NCBI GenBank assembly: GCA_017417315.1
Contig: JAFPZK010000027.1
Location: forward strand, 2,863 to 66,862
Length of the DNA stretch: 64,000 nt
Direction of reading: 5' to 3'
Origin: Bacteroidales bacterium
GTDB lineage: Bacteria; Bacteroidota; Bacteroidia; Bacteroidales; UBA3824
Position 1 is the first letter of the stretch. Each line of letters starts with the position of its first letter. Of the stretch, positions 19,383 to 28,349 are shown piece after piece. Both the position numbers and the translations under genes were made by a program. A model generated the notes under the pieces. It was given only the letters and a program-made list of their open reading frames with translations. It ran no database searches and was not told the origin of the DNA.

Positions 19383-20525
19383 TCACGGCTTCTTCACATG
19401 CAACTGCGCTGAAATCTTTATCGCCAAATCCGTGAAAACAAGTTTGCCGTAGGCGTTGCGCTCGATATTGCGTGCCGCTTCCGACAACAATTCCGTCAAA
19501 GCGGCGATGTTGCCGTGATGAATAAACGGTGAAAATTTTTCAGCAAACGACATCTCGGCAGGTGTCATTCTGACAAGTTCTCTTGATACGCTGCTCATCA
19601 AAAAACACTCGCGAACCATTCTCTGACAATAATCAAAAAAGCGTTTCTGTTTTTCACGGCCGAGTTTCGTCAAGTCGTCTGACAATTTTATGATTTTGTC
19701 GTAATGCGACGAAAAACTCTCTCTCATCAAAGTCGTAAACAGTTCAAAGTCAGGGTCTCCGCCGCCGTTTTCTAACTGGCTCAGAATAGAGACCGCCTCC
19801 AAATAATCGCCGGCACAAAGTATCGCCGAATCTTTTATTTTTCCCAAATCCGAAGACGGAAACTCCTTCAAAAGTCCGCGCTCCGTCTCCTCGGTCGTCA
19901 AAGCCGAAAATTTTATCAGTTGAACCCTCGAACGTATTGTCGTCAAAATCTGTTCTTCGTTTTCGGCGACAAGCACAAACAAAGTTTTTGCAGGCGGCTC
20001 TTCAAGCATTTTAAGAAGTTTGTTAGCGGCAGTTTCGTTCATCTTTTCCGCCATCCAAATTATCATGACCTTGTACTCGCCTTCAAAAGTTTTGAGGTTG
20101 AGTTTTTTGATAATTTCCTGACTTTCTTGCGCAAAAATCGCTCCCTGAGCATTTTCGCTGCCGATAAAATCGTACCAGAGGTCAAGACCGTGATAATTGC
20201 GCTGCAAAACAAACTGCCGCCATTGAGCAATATAATCGTCAGAAACCGGCTTTTTGTATGCCGTACTTGTTACGACAGGATATACAAAATGTAAATCAGG
20301 GTGTATAAGTTTTTGAAACTTTACACACGACGGACATACACCGCAACTGTCTGTTTCAGTGCGGTTTTTGCACGAAATATACTGCGCGTAGGCAATCGCA
20401 AAAGCAAGTTTTCCGCAGCCCGGAGGTCCTAAAAACAACTGTCCGTGGCTGATTCGGTTTTCTTTTACCGAACGGATTAACAACTTTTTGACGTTTTCGT
20501 TGCCTTCAATATCCTTGAACTGCAT
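19383..20525 (-). CDS. holB: DNA polymerase III delta-prime subunit (clamp-loader AAA+)
   Basis: GPPGCGKLAFAIAYAQYISC; Zn-module-like CGVCPSCVKF; SRVQ sensor region. Confidence 0.85.
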   Translation of the reverse strand: MQFKDIEGNENVKKLLIRSVKENRISHGQLFLGPPGCGKLAFAIAYAQYISCKNRTETDSCGVCPSCVKFQKLIHPDLHFVYPVVTSTAYKKPVSDDYIAQWRQFVLQRNYHGLDLWYDFIGSENAQGAIFAQESQEIIKKLNLKTFEGEYKVMIIWMAEKMNETAANKLLKMLEEPPAKTLFVLVAENEEQILTTIRSRVQLIKFSALTTEETERGLLKEFPSSDLGKIKDSAILCAGDYLEAVSILSQLENGGGDPDFELFTTLMRESFSSHYDKIIKLSDDLTKLGREKQKRFFDYCQRMVRECFLMSSVSRELVRMTPAEMSFAEKFSPFIHHGNIAALTELLSEAARNIERNAYGKLVFTDLAIKISAQLHVKKP

Positions 20526-20529
20526 AATT

Positions 20530-22206
20530 CTAATAATGGAATGAACTTCCCGTTAAAAATTCTCTCAAAATAGAAGTCGGCGGAATTTCATTATCGGGAA
20601 ACTCCTTGAAATACGACAAAAATTTTATCAACCTTTGAGCCTCGGCATATTCCGGCACAGTTTCGTTAACGCCCTGTAAAACAGGCTCTGCGTAAGTTTT
20701 TATAACGCCTAATTCGTAAGGCAATGCCGAATTAAACATCACATCAGCCTCCTCCTGAAACGGAAAAATATTCTTATTTTCACCTCTTCTTACGCTCGGC
20801 CAACGGCGTATGGTTTCTTCAGCAGAATAATGACGGTAACGGAAGTCCCTGATAATCCGTCTCAAAAGTCTGTTGTCGGTGGTCGGAATACGGTTATGAG
20901 AGTCTATCGAAATCGGTGTCAAAGCCGAAACATAAATTTTGAACTTTTTGTCATCGGGAATCATACCGCTCATTTTCGGATTCAAGCCGTGAATGCCTTC
21001 TACGACAAAAACCGTTTTTTCGTCAGCGGTCAAAAAGTCGCCTTTGTATTCGCGTTTTCCCGTATGAAAATTATAAATCGGCATTTCAACACGTTTGCCC
21101 GCCGTCATGTCAAGAATATCCTGATTAAACTGTTCATAATCAACGGCTTCGAGGGCTTCAAAATCGTAATCGCCTTTCTCGTCTTTCGGAGTGTTTTCCC
21201 TGTTGACAAAATAATTGTCCAAAGAAATCTGAACGGGTTTTAAGCCCGCAACCCTCAACTGAACGCACAAACGTTTTGAAGTCGTCGTTTTTCCCGAAGA
21301 CGAAGGTCCGGCAATCAGGACGAGTTTAACGCCGCCTTTCTGTTTGATTAAATCGGCGATTTGAGCGATTTTTTTCTCGTGCAACGCCTCAGCAACTTTT
21401 ATGATTTCTCCCGCACAACCTAATTTGACAGCAAGATTCAAGGTGTCAACACTTGAAATTCCGAGAAGTTTGCCCCAAGATTTGTATTCGCGGAAAACTT
21501 CAAAAAGTTTTACCTGTTTTTCGAGCGGAGAAATAGTCATCGTCTTAAAATCCGTCGGAAACCTAAGCAAAAGACCGTCATAATAAAGAATTAAATCAAA
21601 GACAGTCAAATACTTAGTATTCGGCACAAGATACGAGGTATAATAATCTTGAAAGCCGTCAATAGAATATACTGACGAGAAAAACCGTCCTCTGTCTTCA
21701 AAAAGTCTCACTCTTTCGGTCATGCCCTGAGCCTTGAAAATTTCAGCCGCATTTGTCGACAAAATTTCTTTTCTTTCAATCGGAAGGCTCACGTTGACAA
21801 GTTGTTGCATACGGTTTTTAAGTTTTTCAACAAGTTCTTCCGTCGGCTTAAAATCTTTGTCGTCAGAGGTTGAAAGTTCGCAATAAAAACCCTTGCTGAT
21901 ACTATGGTCGATAGTGATTTTCAAGGTTTTATCCACGTCATGAAGGGCTTTTACAAGCAAAAAGCACAACGACCGTTGATACATTTTTTGTCCCTCAGAG
22001 GTTTCCAAGTCAAAAAACTTAATGACTTTCGGCTTGAAAAGCGAATAATTAAGTTCTTTGATTTTGTTGTTAACAAAGGCTCCGAGAATCGGCTTATTCA
22101 TCGTAATATTTTGGTCGTCAGCAATTTCGCTGAGAGTTGTACCGACAGGATACTGTTTTGTAACCTCGGTATTTTCACAATATATGTCTAAATATTTTTT
22201 CTCCAT
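20530..22206 (-). CDS. Uridine kinase/PRK-family nucleoside kinase with a long N-terminal extension
   Basis: Walker A GPSSSGKTTTSKRL in the C-terminal half. The TGS-like call for the N-terminal ~270 aa is inference. Confidence 0.75.
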   Translation of the reverse strand: MEKKYLDIYCENTEVTKQYPVGTTLSEIADDQNITMNKPILGAFVNNKIKELNYSLFKPKVIKFFDLETSEGQKMYQRSLCFLLVKALHDVDKTLKITIDHSISKGFYCELSTSDDKDFKPTEELVEKLKNRMQQLVNVSLPIERKEILSTNAAEIFKAQGMTERVRLFEDRGRFFSSVYSIDGFQDYYTSYLVPNTKYLTVFDLILYYDGLLLRFPTDFKTMTISPLEKQVKLFEVFREYKSWGKLLGISSVDTLNLAVKLGCAGEIIKVAEALHEKKIAQIADLIKQKGGVKLVLIAGPSSSGKTTTSKRLCVQLRVAGLKPVQISLDNYFVNRENTPKDEKGDYDFEALEAVDYEQFNQDILDMTAGKRVEMPIYNFHTGKREYKGDFLTADEKTVFVVEGIHGLNPKMSGMIPDDKKFKIYVSALTPISIDSHNRIPTTDNRLLRRIIRDFRYRHYSAEETIRRWPSVRRGENKNIFPFQEEADVMFNSALPYELGVIKTYAEPVLQGVNETVPEYAEAQRLIKFLSYFKEFPDNEIPPTSILREFLTGSSFHY

Positions 22207-22242
22207 TGTATTTTCTAAAAGTTACTATTTTATTTTTAAGTG

Positions 22243-22250
22243 CAAATGTA
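22243..22250 (-). promoter_or_regulatory. Candidate -7 box (TACATTTG) upstream of the kinase-holB operon
   Basis: + strand caaatgta, 37 nt from the ATG at 22206. Confidence 0.4.
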
Positions 22251-22280
22251 AGTATTTTTTTTTTGATGACAAAAGTTTTG

Positions 22281-22288
22281 TATTTTTG
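22281..22288 (+). promoter_or_regulatory. Candidate -7 box (TATTTTTG) upstream of the 22311 gene
   Basis: Matches TAnnTTTG, 22 nt before the ATG; divergent from the box at 22243. Confidence 0.4.
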
Positions 22289-22310
22289 CATTCCCAAGAA
22301 AAGTTAAACG

Positions 22311-23759
22311 ATGAAAAAACTTTTATTCATATTTTTTACATTCATTATTTCATGCGGTCAAACCCCTGAAAACGTGATAAACATTAACGCTTTGCCGTCA
22401 ATATTTCCCGATTATAAAGGCGTAACTATCCCCGTTGACATTGCGCCGCTTAATTTCAACGTTGACAGCGCGGACTACGTTTTTGTTAACCTAAAAGGCA
22501 GCATTTCGGGCGAAATGTCCGCAAAAGGCGAATGGGCGGATTTTGACATTGACTCTTGGCATAAATTGACCGAGCAAAACGCCGGCGGCAAAATCGACGT
22601 TACCGTTACCGCTAAAAAAAACAGTAAATGGCTAAGTTACAAGCCTTTTGAAATCTTTGTCAGCCGAGATTCTCTTTCTGAATACGGCTTGACGTACCGC
22701 AGGATTGCGCCCGGTTATGAAACTTTCAGCAATATCGGCATTTTTCAGAGGGACATTCATAGTTTTGACGAGTTTGCAATCGTTGACCACACCGCGCTTC
22801 AAGGCGAGTGTATGAATTGTCATGTTGCTAACCGCTGCGACCCGTCAAGATTTCAACTTCATATCAGGGGGCAACATTCGGCAACCTTGGTACAGACAAA
22901 CGGTAAAAGAAAACTTTTGCAGACCAAAACCGATTCCACAATCGCAAACTGTATGTATGCGTATTGGCACCCGTCAGGACGTTATTGTGCTTACTCGCTA
23001 AACCTTGTTAATCAGTGTTTTTGGGAAGATACGACACGGTATATCGAAGTTTTTGACCGTGCCTCTGATGCTTTGGTTTTGGATATGGACAACGACGAAA
23101 TTATTCTCTCGCCGCTGTTAAAAACCGAGGATTTTGAATCGTATCCCGCTTTTTCTGCTGACGGCAAGACAATATATTATTGTACGTCAAAGCCTTATAT
23201 GAATCAAGGCGAAATTACCAAAATGCGTTATGACCTTTGTGCAATAAGTTTTGACGAAAAGACAGGAAAAATCGGCGATTACGTTGACACTATAATTCAC
23301 GCCTCGAAAATGGGCAAAAGCGTAACACACCCCCGTCCGAGTTATGACGGCAAATACATAATGTATTCTATGGCGGATTATTCTGTTTTCCCGATTCATC
23401 ACCCCGAAGCCGACCTTTATATTATGGACATTTCAACGGGAGAAAGCAGAGCGTTGACCGAAGTAAATTCTTCCCGTGCCGAATCGTTTCATAATTGGTC
23501 GCGCAATTCTCGGTGGTTTGTTTTCAACAGCCGCCGTTATAACAATACAAATAATTTGCTTTATATTGCGCATTTCGGCGCGGACGGCAAAGCCGGAAAA
23601 CCGTTTATGTTGCCGCAAAAGAATCCGAAAGAGTATTATCATAAATTAATTCATTCTTTCAATGTTCCCGATTTTACGAAAGATAAAGTAGAACTTGATA
23701 TTAGAGAATTTGCAAGCGAAATTTATAACGACGAAAGGATACAAGTAAAGGTAAGGTAA
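22311..23759 (+). CDS. Lipoprotein with one CxxCH motif and PD40/TolB-like beta-propeller repeats
   Basis: Lipobox FIISCGQ; CMNCH at 22809-22823. Repeated PD40-like motifs: HPSGRYCAYS, FSADGKTIYYCT, PSYDGKYIMYSM, WSRNSRWFVFNS. Confidence 0.7.
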   Translation: MKKLLFIFFTFIISCGQTPENVININALPSIFPDYKGVTIPVDIAPLNFNVDSADYVFVNLKGSISGEMSAKGEWADFDIDSWHKLTEQNAGGKIDVTVTAKKNSKWLSYKPFEIFVSRDSLSEYGLTYRRIAPGYETFSNIGIFQRDIHSFDEFAIVDHTALQGECMNCHVANRCDPSRFQLHIRGQHSATLVQTNGKRKLLQTKTDSTIANCMYAYWHPSGRYCAYSLNLVNQCFWEDTTRYIEVFDRASDALVLDMDNDEIILSPLLKTEDFESYPAFSADGKTIYYCTSKPYMNQGEITKMRYDLCAISFDEKTGKIGDYVDTIIHASKMGKSVTHPRPSYDGKYIMYSMADYSVFPIHHPEADLYIMDISTGESRALTEVNSSRAESFHNWSRNSRWFVFNSRRYNNTNNLLYIAHFGADGKAGKPFMLPQKNPKEYYHKLIHSFNVPDFTKDKVELDIREFASEIYNDERIQVKVR

Positions 23760-23781
23760 TAAAAATCAAATTTACCTACCT

Positions 23782-25509
23782 CTACTCCCCTATCAAATAA
23801 CTCCAATACGTTTTTCCCAAACGTCCTTGTTTGAGCAGCGGATTTTTGCGGTTCATCATATAAAGTTTGTCAAACTCTATTAAAGCGTTTTTAACTTCCG
23901 GCGAAATAAATTCCGGCAAATTCTGCAACGTGCCTTTCTGTTGAAGATAAATCCACGCCAAAGCCTCTTGATAGGCTTTCGGAATACGTCCTTGGTCGCT
24001 TTGTGTCTGCGACATTGCGTCAACAAACTGCCGCATTTTGGCGTTCAAAAGGTCGCAGGCTAACGAATACTGCAACGCTAATTTATTGTCAGGACAATGT
24101 TTGTAAAGGTTCATCATCATAACGTCCATATCGGTAACCGAAAAAAGTTCGTTTTCGGGCAATCGGTAACGCAACACCGTCGCCCAACGCTTGTTTTGAG
24201 TGATGGTTTCGGGATTATGACAAGCAGCCTCCGCTTTTTTTGCCCACGGAGAATAAAAAACGGTCTTTTTTAAGATGTCGATGTATTTGAGTGCTAATTC
24301 GTAATTGCCGTTAAGCATATAAACCTCGGCAATCCGCCGCGTGAACCTCCCGCTCATATTGCAGTTGACGATAGCCGCCTGACTGTCATAGTTATACCTC
24401 AAAACAGAGTTTATAAGACCCAAATAATAACACGCCTCGGCAGTGATTCCGCAAGAAACCATATTACGTTCAAACCGCGCAATCAAGCCGTCCTGACCGC
24501 ATTGCGGAAACTCAAACATTCTGTCAGCGAGTTGCCCCGTCATCGCTAAGGCAAGGTTAAGACCCGTGCAGCCCATATCGTTTGTCGGAGGATTTTTTTC
24601 GCAAAATTTTATAACGTCGTCCCACTCCTGAAACCGCACAAGATAGTCAATTTTCAAAAGCGAATACGTAATTTTATCGTGAGTTGTTGACATCATCAGC
24701 GGTAAGGCTAACGAGATAACAGCAGCCTCGGCAATAGTTACAACTTTGTCGGCTTTTTTTATCAAAGAGATTAACAGCGGAGTCAACACAACACTCAGTG
24801 TTATAACGTGTTGCATAAAAGGAATCGTCAGGCGTTCCCTGTAAAAATCCACGCCGCAAATAATGTCGATAAAAGGATATTGTTTCATAACGGTATAGCC
24901 TACAATAAAAATTACCGCTATGATTTCAAGCACATATAATATTTGATAAAAAGCGAAACCGTATTTTTTTATGTCAAGGGCGACGGTAAGCGCAATGTAC
25001 GCAAACACACCGTAACCAATCAGCCAATAAACTATCGGACTAAAAACAAACTGCAAATAAACGCGGCATTTGTCGTCAATTTTATTATAAAGCAGCGTAA
25101 ACGTCAAAGCCAAAACCAAAGCCACGGGAAAAGTCATCATAACGTTTTGGTCGCCGCAATACAAGGTCAACAATGTTGACGGCAAAAGCGATAACATAAA
25201 ATGCGAAACCTCAGCAGAGATTTTTTTTGCGACTTTCCACACGAGAAATCCGAGCAAGATTAAAAGTCCCGCCCAAAGAGCCGCGCCTAAAAGCGGAAAG
25301 AAATAAAACTGCGCAATAAATTCGCCAAAGTATCCCGCAAGACCTGAGGCAACGGAAAGTTTTTCAGCGAGATATTCTCCGCCGAAAAGAAAAAGTTGAT
25401 ATTGTTCGTGATAATTGAACCATTCAGGGTGCAAAACTCCGTAACAAACAAAAACTATAACGGCAAAAACCGCCGGCAAAAATTTCATAATCAAAACGTT
25501 TTTTTTCAT
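23782..25509 (-). CDS. Large multi-pass membrane protein with a helical-repeat C-terminal half (DUF6057-like; function unknown)
   Basis: ~8-9 N-terminal hydrophobic helices, then a soluble TPR-like region. The start may be the second Met at 25488, given the -7 box at 25514. Confidence 0.6.
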   Translation of the reverse strand: MKKNVLIMKFLPAVFAVIVFVCYGVLHPEWFNYHEQYQLFLFGGEYLAEKLSVASGLAGYFGEFIAQFYFFPLLGAALWAGLLILLGFLVWKVAKKISAEVSHFMLSLLPSTLLTLYCGDQNVMMTFPVALVLALTFTLLYNKIDDKCRVYLQFVFSPIVYWLIGYGVFAYIALTVALDIKKYGFAFYQILYVLEIIAVIFIVGYTVMKQYPFIDIICGVDFYRERLTIPFMQHVITLSVVLTPLLISLIKKADKVVTIAEAAVISLALPLMMSTTHDKITYSLLKIDYLVRFQEWDDVIKFCEKNPPTNDMGCTGLNLALAMTGQLADRMFEFPQCGQDGLIARFERNMVSCGITAEACYYLGLINSVLRYNYDSQAAIVNCNMSGRFTRRIAEVYMLNGNYELALKYIDILKKTVFYSPWAKKAEAACHNPETITQNKRWATVLRYRLPENELFSVTDMDVMMMNLYKHCPDNKLALQYSLACDLLNAKMRQFVDAMSQTQSDQGRIPKAYQEALAWIYLQQKGTLQNLPEFISPEVKNALIEFDKLYMMNRKNPLLKQGRLGKTYWSYLIGE

Positions 25510-25513
25510 AAAG

Positions 25514-25521
25514 CAAAATTA
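25514..25521 (-). promoter_or_regulatory. Candidate -7 box (TAATTTTG) upstream of the membrane protein gene
   Basis: + strand caaaatta. It is only 5 nt from the first ATG, so it favours the Met at 25488 as the start. Confidence 0.3.
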
Positions 25522-25545
25522 GTCGGTTTTCACCAAAAAAACAAA

Positions 25546-25576
25546 CCGGCGGACTAAAAAATTAAAAGTCCGCCGG
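25546..25576 (-). terminator. Rho-independent terminator after the CE6-like/GH5 gene
   Basis: Perfect 10-bp stem ccggcggact/agtccgccgg, followed on the minus strand by UUUGUUUUUUU. It lies 32 nt after the stop. Confidence 0.75.
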
Positions 25577-25607
25577 CAGTAAAAAAATCGACAAAACAAA
25601 ATATCAA

Positions 25608-28316
25608 TTAATTTTCAAAACGAATGCTCTTAATAGTTGCTTTAAGATTACCCATTGTCCAAAAACCTGCAATATAAATATGCGAGGGGTCAAGTTTTTT
25701 ACCGTCACCGTTTTTCATATTTGCGAGTTCTATCTTAACCGAGGTACTCTCGCCGAATGTAAAACTTGCCGGTGATGTCCAATAATTGTTTTCGTCAAAA
25801 AGTCTGAACGAAAATTCGTATGAACCTATCGCTTCACATTCTTCCATTTCTACAATCAAATACTTATATGCTGACAAATCTATGCCCGCATCGTATTTCC
25901 AACCGGCAAAACCGTATTGACCGGTCGTAAAGGTCTTGGTGTCAATATCAAAAGTTCCCTTTTCCCAAATGCTCGGATTAAACTCCTCAAAAGCAAACAC
26001 TCCGACAACCTTCACCTTAACCTCTGCGCTAAAATCGCCGTAAGAGACTTTTACTGCTGTTTCGCCGCAAGTCTCAGCCGAAAGTTTGCCCTCGCTATCA
26101 GATTTTAGAATCGTATTATCTGAAACCTCAAAACTTAAATTATCCGTCGTCTGAATTTTGTAACCGTCTTCATATTTCAAATAAACGGTTATTCTTGCGG
26201 TTGCGCCCTGCATTACGGCACTCGGAGCAGAGGCTTCGATACCCGTAACGTTACCGTGGTTAACCTCACCACCGGCATATTCTTTATACCAATTATATGC
26301 AGCCTTAACACAACCCTCAGGATCTTCCAAAAAGCCTTTTGTGGCAGCATCAAGACCAGTAGGATTCTTATATTTTGCGATAATGTGCGGTGAGGTGAAA
26401 ATCATCCAACTAACGTTTCCTGACTCGTCGGCAATCTTCTTGAAAGGTTCGCCGAAAGCCGTTGTCGTAGAACTTCCCCATGCAACATGGTGATTATCAT
26501 TATACTCATGCGGAGACCAGTCCATTTCGGTTACGATTATCGGCGCAAAACTTGCCACGCAACCTACGTTTTCTGCCCAACCTGCACGGAATTTTTCTTC
26601 GTTACCGTCAAGAGGCGTAGAAAACTCTTCGGCACTCACCTGAGCCGGTGAGCCGTACCAACCCGGATAACAGTGAACCGCATAACCGATATTCTTTCCT
26701 TGAATAGGATAAGCGGCAAACGGTTTATAATTCTGTTGATAAGCCAAACCCGGAACCCAACAAACATTGTCGCAATTAGTACGGATAAGGTCAACTACGT
26801 CTTGAAAATACTGACTGTATTTTTGATCGCCGCCGTTAAAAGCAACAGGTTCGTTAGCCAATTCAAACATCACGTAAGGATTGTTTTTGATATAAGAGTG
26901 CGAAGATACGATTTCCCAAACTTTCAAGAGGTATTGCTGATACTTATCGCCGTATTGCAAAGCGTTGTCGCCGCAAACTCCCGGAGGACGCATTACGACT
27001 GCCATTTTATAATTGTCAATACAGAATTTTGTCATCGGAACAAATACTTCGTCAAGATATTTACGGAATCTTGCCTCGTCGAAATAAAGATGAGCGACAG
27101 CCTCACCGTTATAACCGCTGTTTTGCTGAACCGTCCAATGCGGATCCATGTGAAGCCTCATCCAAGTCATCTGCCAGCCGTCGTCCATAATCTGCTTAAT
27201 CAAGCCCTGATTATATTTCAAACAGCCTTCCACATCATCGCCGTTCCATTTAGTACCCTGCTCGTTGAACCACGGGCTGTAAGTCTGACCGAAACCGTGA
27301 AGATTAACGGTATTTCCGTTCATATCTTTCAAGAATCTGCCTTCTACATGAAAGCCTTGATAATCACCGCCTTTTGGCGTAATTCCCATAAGTCTTAACA
27401 TTTTGTCGGCATATCTTTTACCGATGATTCTGTAACCTTCTGCGCAAAAATGGAAACCGTCAACGCCGTTACCTTTGCAACCTTCTGACGAAATAACATA
27501 CGAAGTCGGAATTACATCGGGAAGTTTTGCGATAACGGAATTATGACCGAAACAAATACCGCCTTCTTCCTGTCTTAACATTTCGCCTGCTAAAAGCGGA
27601 CATTTTTCCGCCTGCAAATTCAAATCGGTCAAAAGGTCGTTATAAATCTTTTTAACCGTTTCAGGCCAAGTCGGGTCGGTGTTGTTGGTCTCGCCCTGAT
27701 GAAGCAGAATACCTTTGATAACACCGCTTTTTTGAGCCTCTTTTGCCGCTTCTACCAAGATTTTGTACGGATTGTTATCGTACTCTTTCAAATAGGCTTT
27801 GTACCAGTCGGCATGGTCAGACTTATTGCAATACGCCTCGCATTTGTCTTTTTCAAAGGCTTCTATTGACGCACCGCCTATTGCAACCATCACGATACCT
27901 ATTCTTTGGTCAGAAGGTAAATTTTCGAGCATTGCTCTTCCGAAATAATCTGCCGGAGTAAGACCTGTCGTAAAACGCGCCAAAGGCGGGTCGGCTTTTC
28001 GCCAAGTATAACGCGCCTGACCGTAATGTTCAACATCGCCTTTTGCGACAACCATGTTTTTCATTCTGTCAGGCACGCCTGATTTGTCCTGTGCTTCGAC
28101 GGCGGCATTTCCCTCCATGTTAGATTGTCCGAAACAAAGGAAAATTGACATTTTTCCGTCAACGGTCGGCGTAGGAGCAACAGTGTCCTGACCATTCTTA
28201 GTTGTGTCTTCCGTCGGGAAAACAATCGGATTTACAGGCGTGTTTTCTTCCTTATTACAAGCGAAAATAGAAAACAACGCCGCAAAAAACGATAATATAA
28301 AAGTACTTTTTTTCAT
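25608..28316 (-). CDS. Multidomain lipoprotein: CE6-like (SASA/SGNH) acetylesterase + GH5 glycoside hydrolase + Big_2-like + C-terminal beta-sandwich
   Basis: Lipobox SIFACN; [12 protein letters not shown] and LLHQGETN (esterase); FELANEP acid/base and IIVTEMDW nucleophile (GH5). The Ig-like segment is TARITVYLKYEDG...VKVKVV. Confidence 0.8.
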   Translation of the reverse strand: MKKSTFILSFFAALFSIFACNKEENTPVNPIVFPTEDTTKNGQDTVAPTPTVDGKMSIFLCFGQSNMEGNAAVEAQDKSGVPDRMKNMVVAKGDVEHYGQARYTWRKADPPLARFTTGLTPADYFGRAMLENLPSDQRIGIVMVAIGGASIEAFEKDKCEAYCNKSDHADWYKAYLKEYDNNPYKILVEAAKEAQKSGVIKGILLHQGETNNTDPTWPETVKKIYNDLLTDLNLQAEKCPLLAGEMLRQEEGGICFGHNSVIAKLPDVIPTSYVISSEGCKGNGVDGFHFCAEGYRIIGKRYADKMLRLMGITPKGGDYQGFHVEGRFLKDMNGNTVNLHGFGQTYSPWFNEQGTKWNGDDVEGCLKYNQGLIKQIMDDGWQMTWMRLHMDPHWTVQQNSGYNGEAVAHLYFDEARFRKYLDEVFVPMTKFCIDNYKMAVVMRPPGVCGDNALQYGDKYQQYLLKVWEIVSSHSYIKNNPYVMFELANEPVAFNGGDQKYSQYFQDVVDLIRTNCDNVCWVPGLAYQQNYKPFAAYPIQGKNIGYAVHCYPGWYGSPAQVSAEEFSTPLDGNEEKFRAGWAENVGCVASFAPIIVTEMDWSPHEYNDNHHVAWGSSTTTAFGEPFKKIADESGNVSWMIFTSPHIIAKYKNPTGLDAATKGFLEDPEGCVKAAYNWYKEYAGGEVNHGNVTGIEASAPSAVMQGATARITVYLKYEDGYKIQTTDNLSFEVSDNTILKSDSEGKLSAETCGETAVKVSYGDFSAEVKVKVVGVFAFEEFNPSIWEKGTFDIDTKTFTTGQYGFAGWKYDAGIDLSAYKYLIVEMEECEAIGSYEFSFRLFDENNYWTSPASFTFGESTSVKIELANMKNGDGKKLDPSHIYIAGFWTMGNLKATIKSIRFEN

Positions 28317-28349
28317 TATATGGTTTATTAATTATTTTTTTCTACAATT

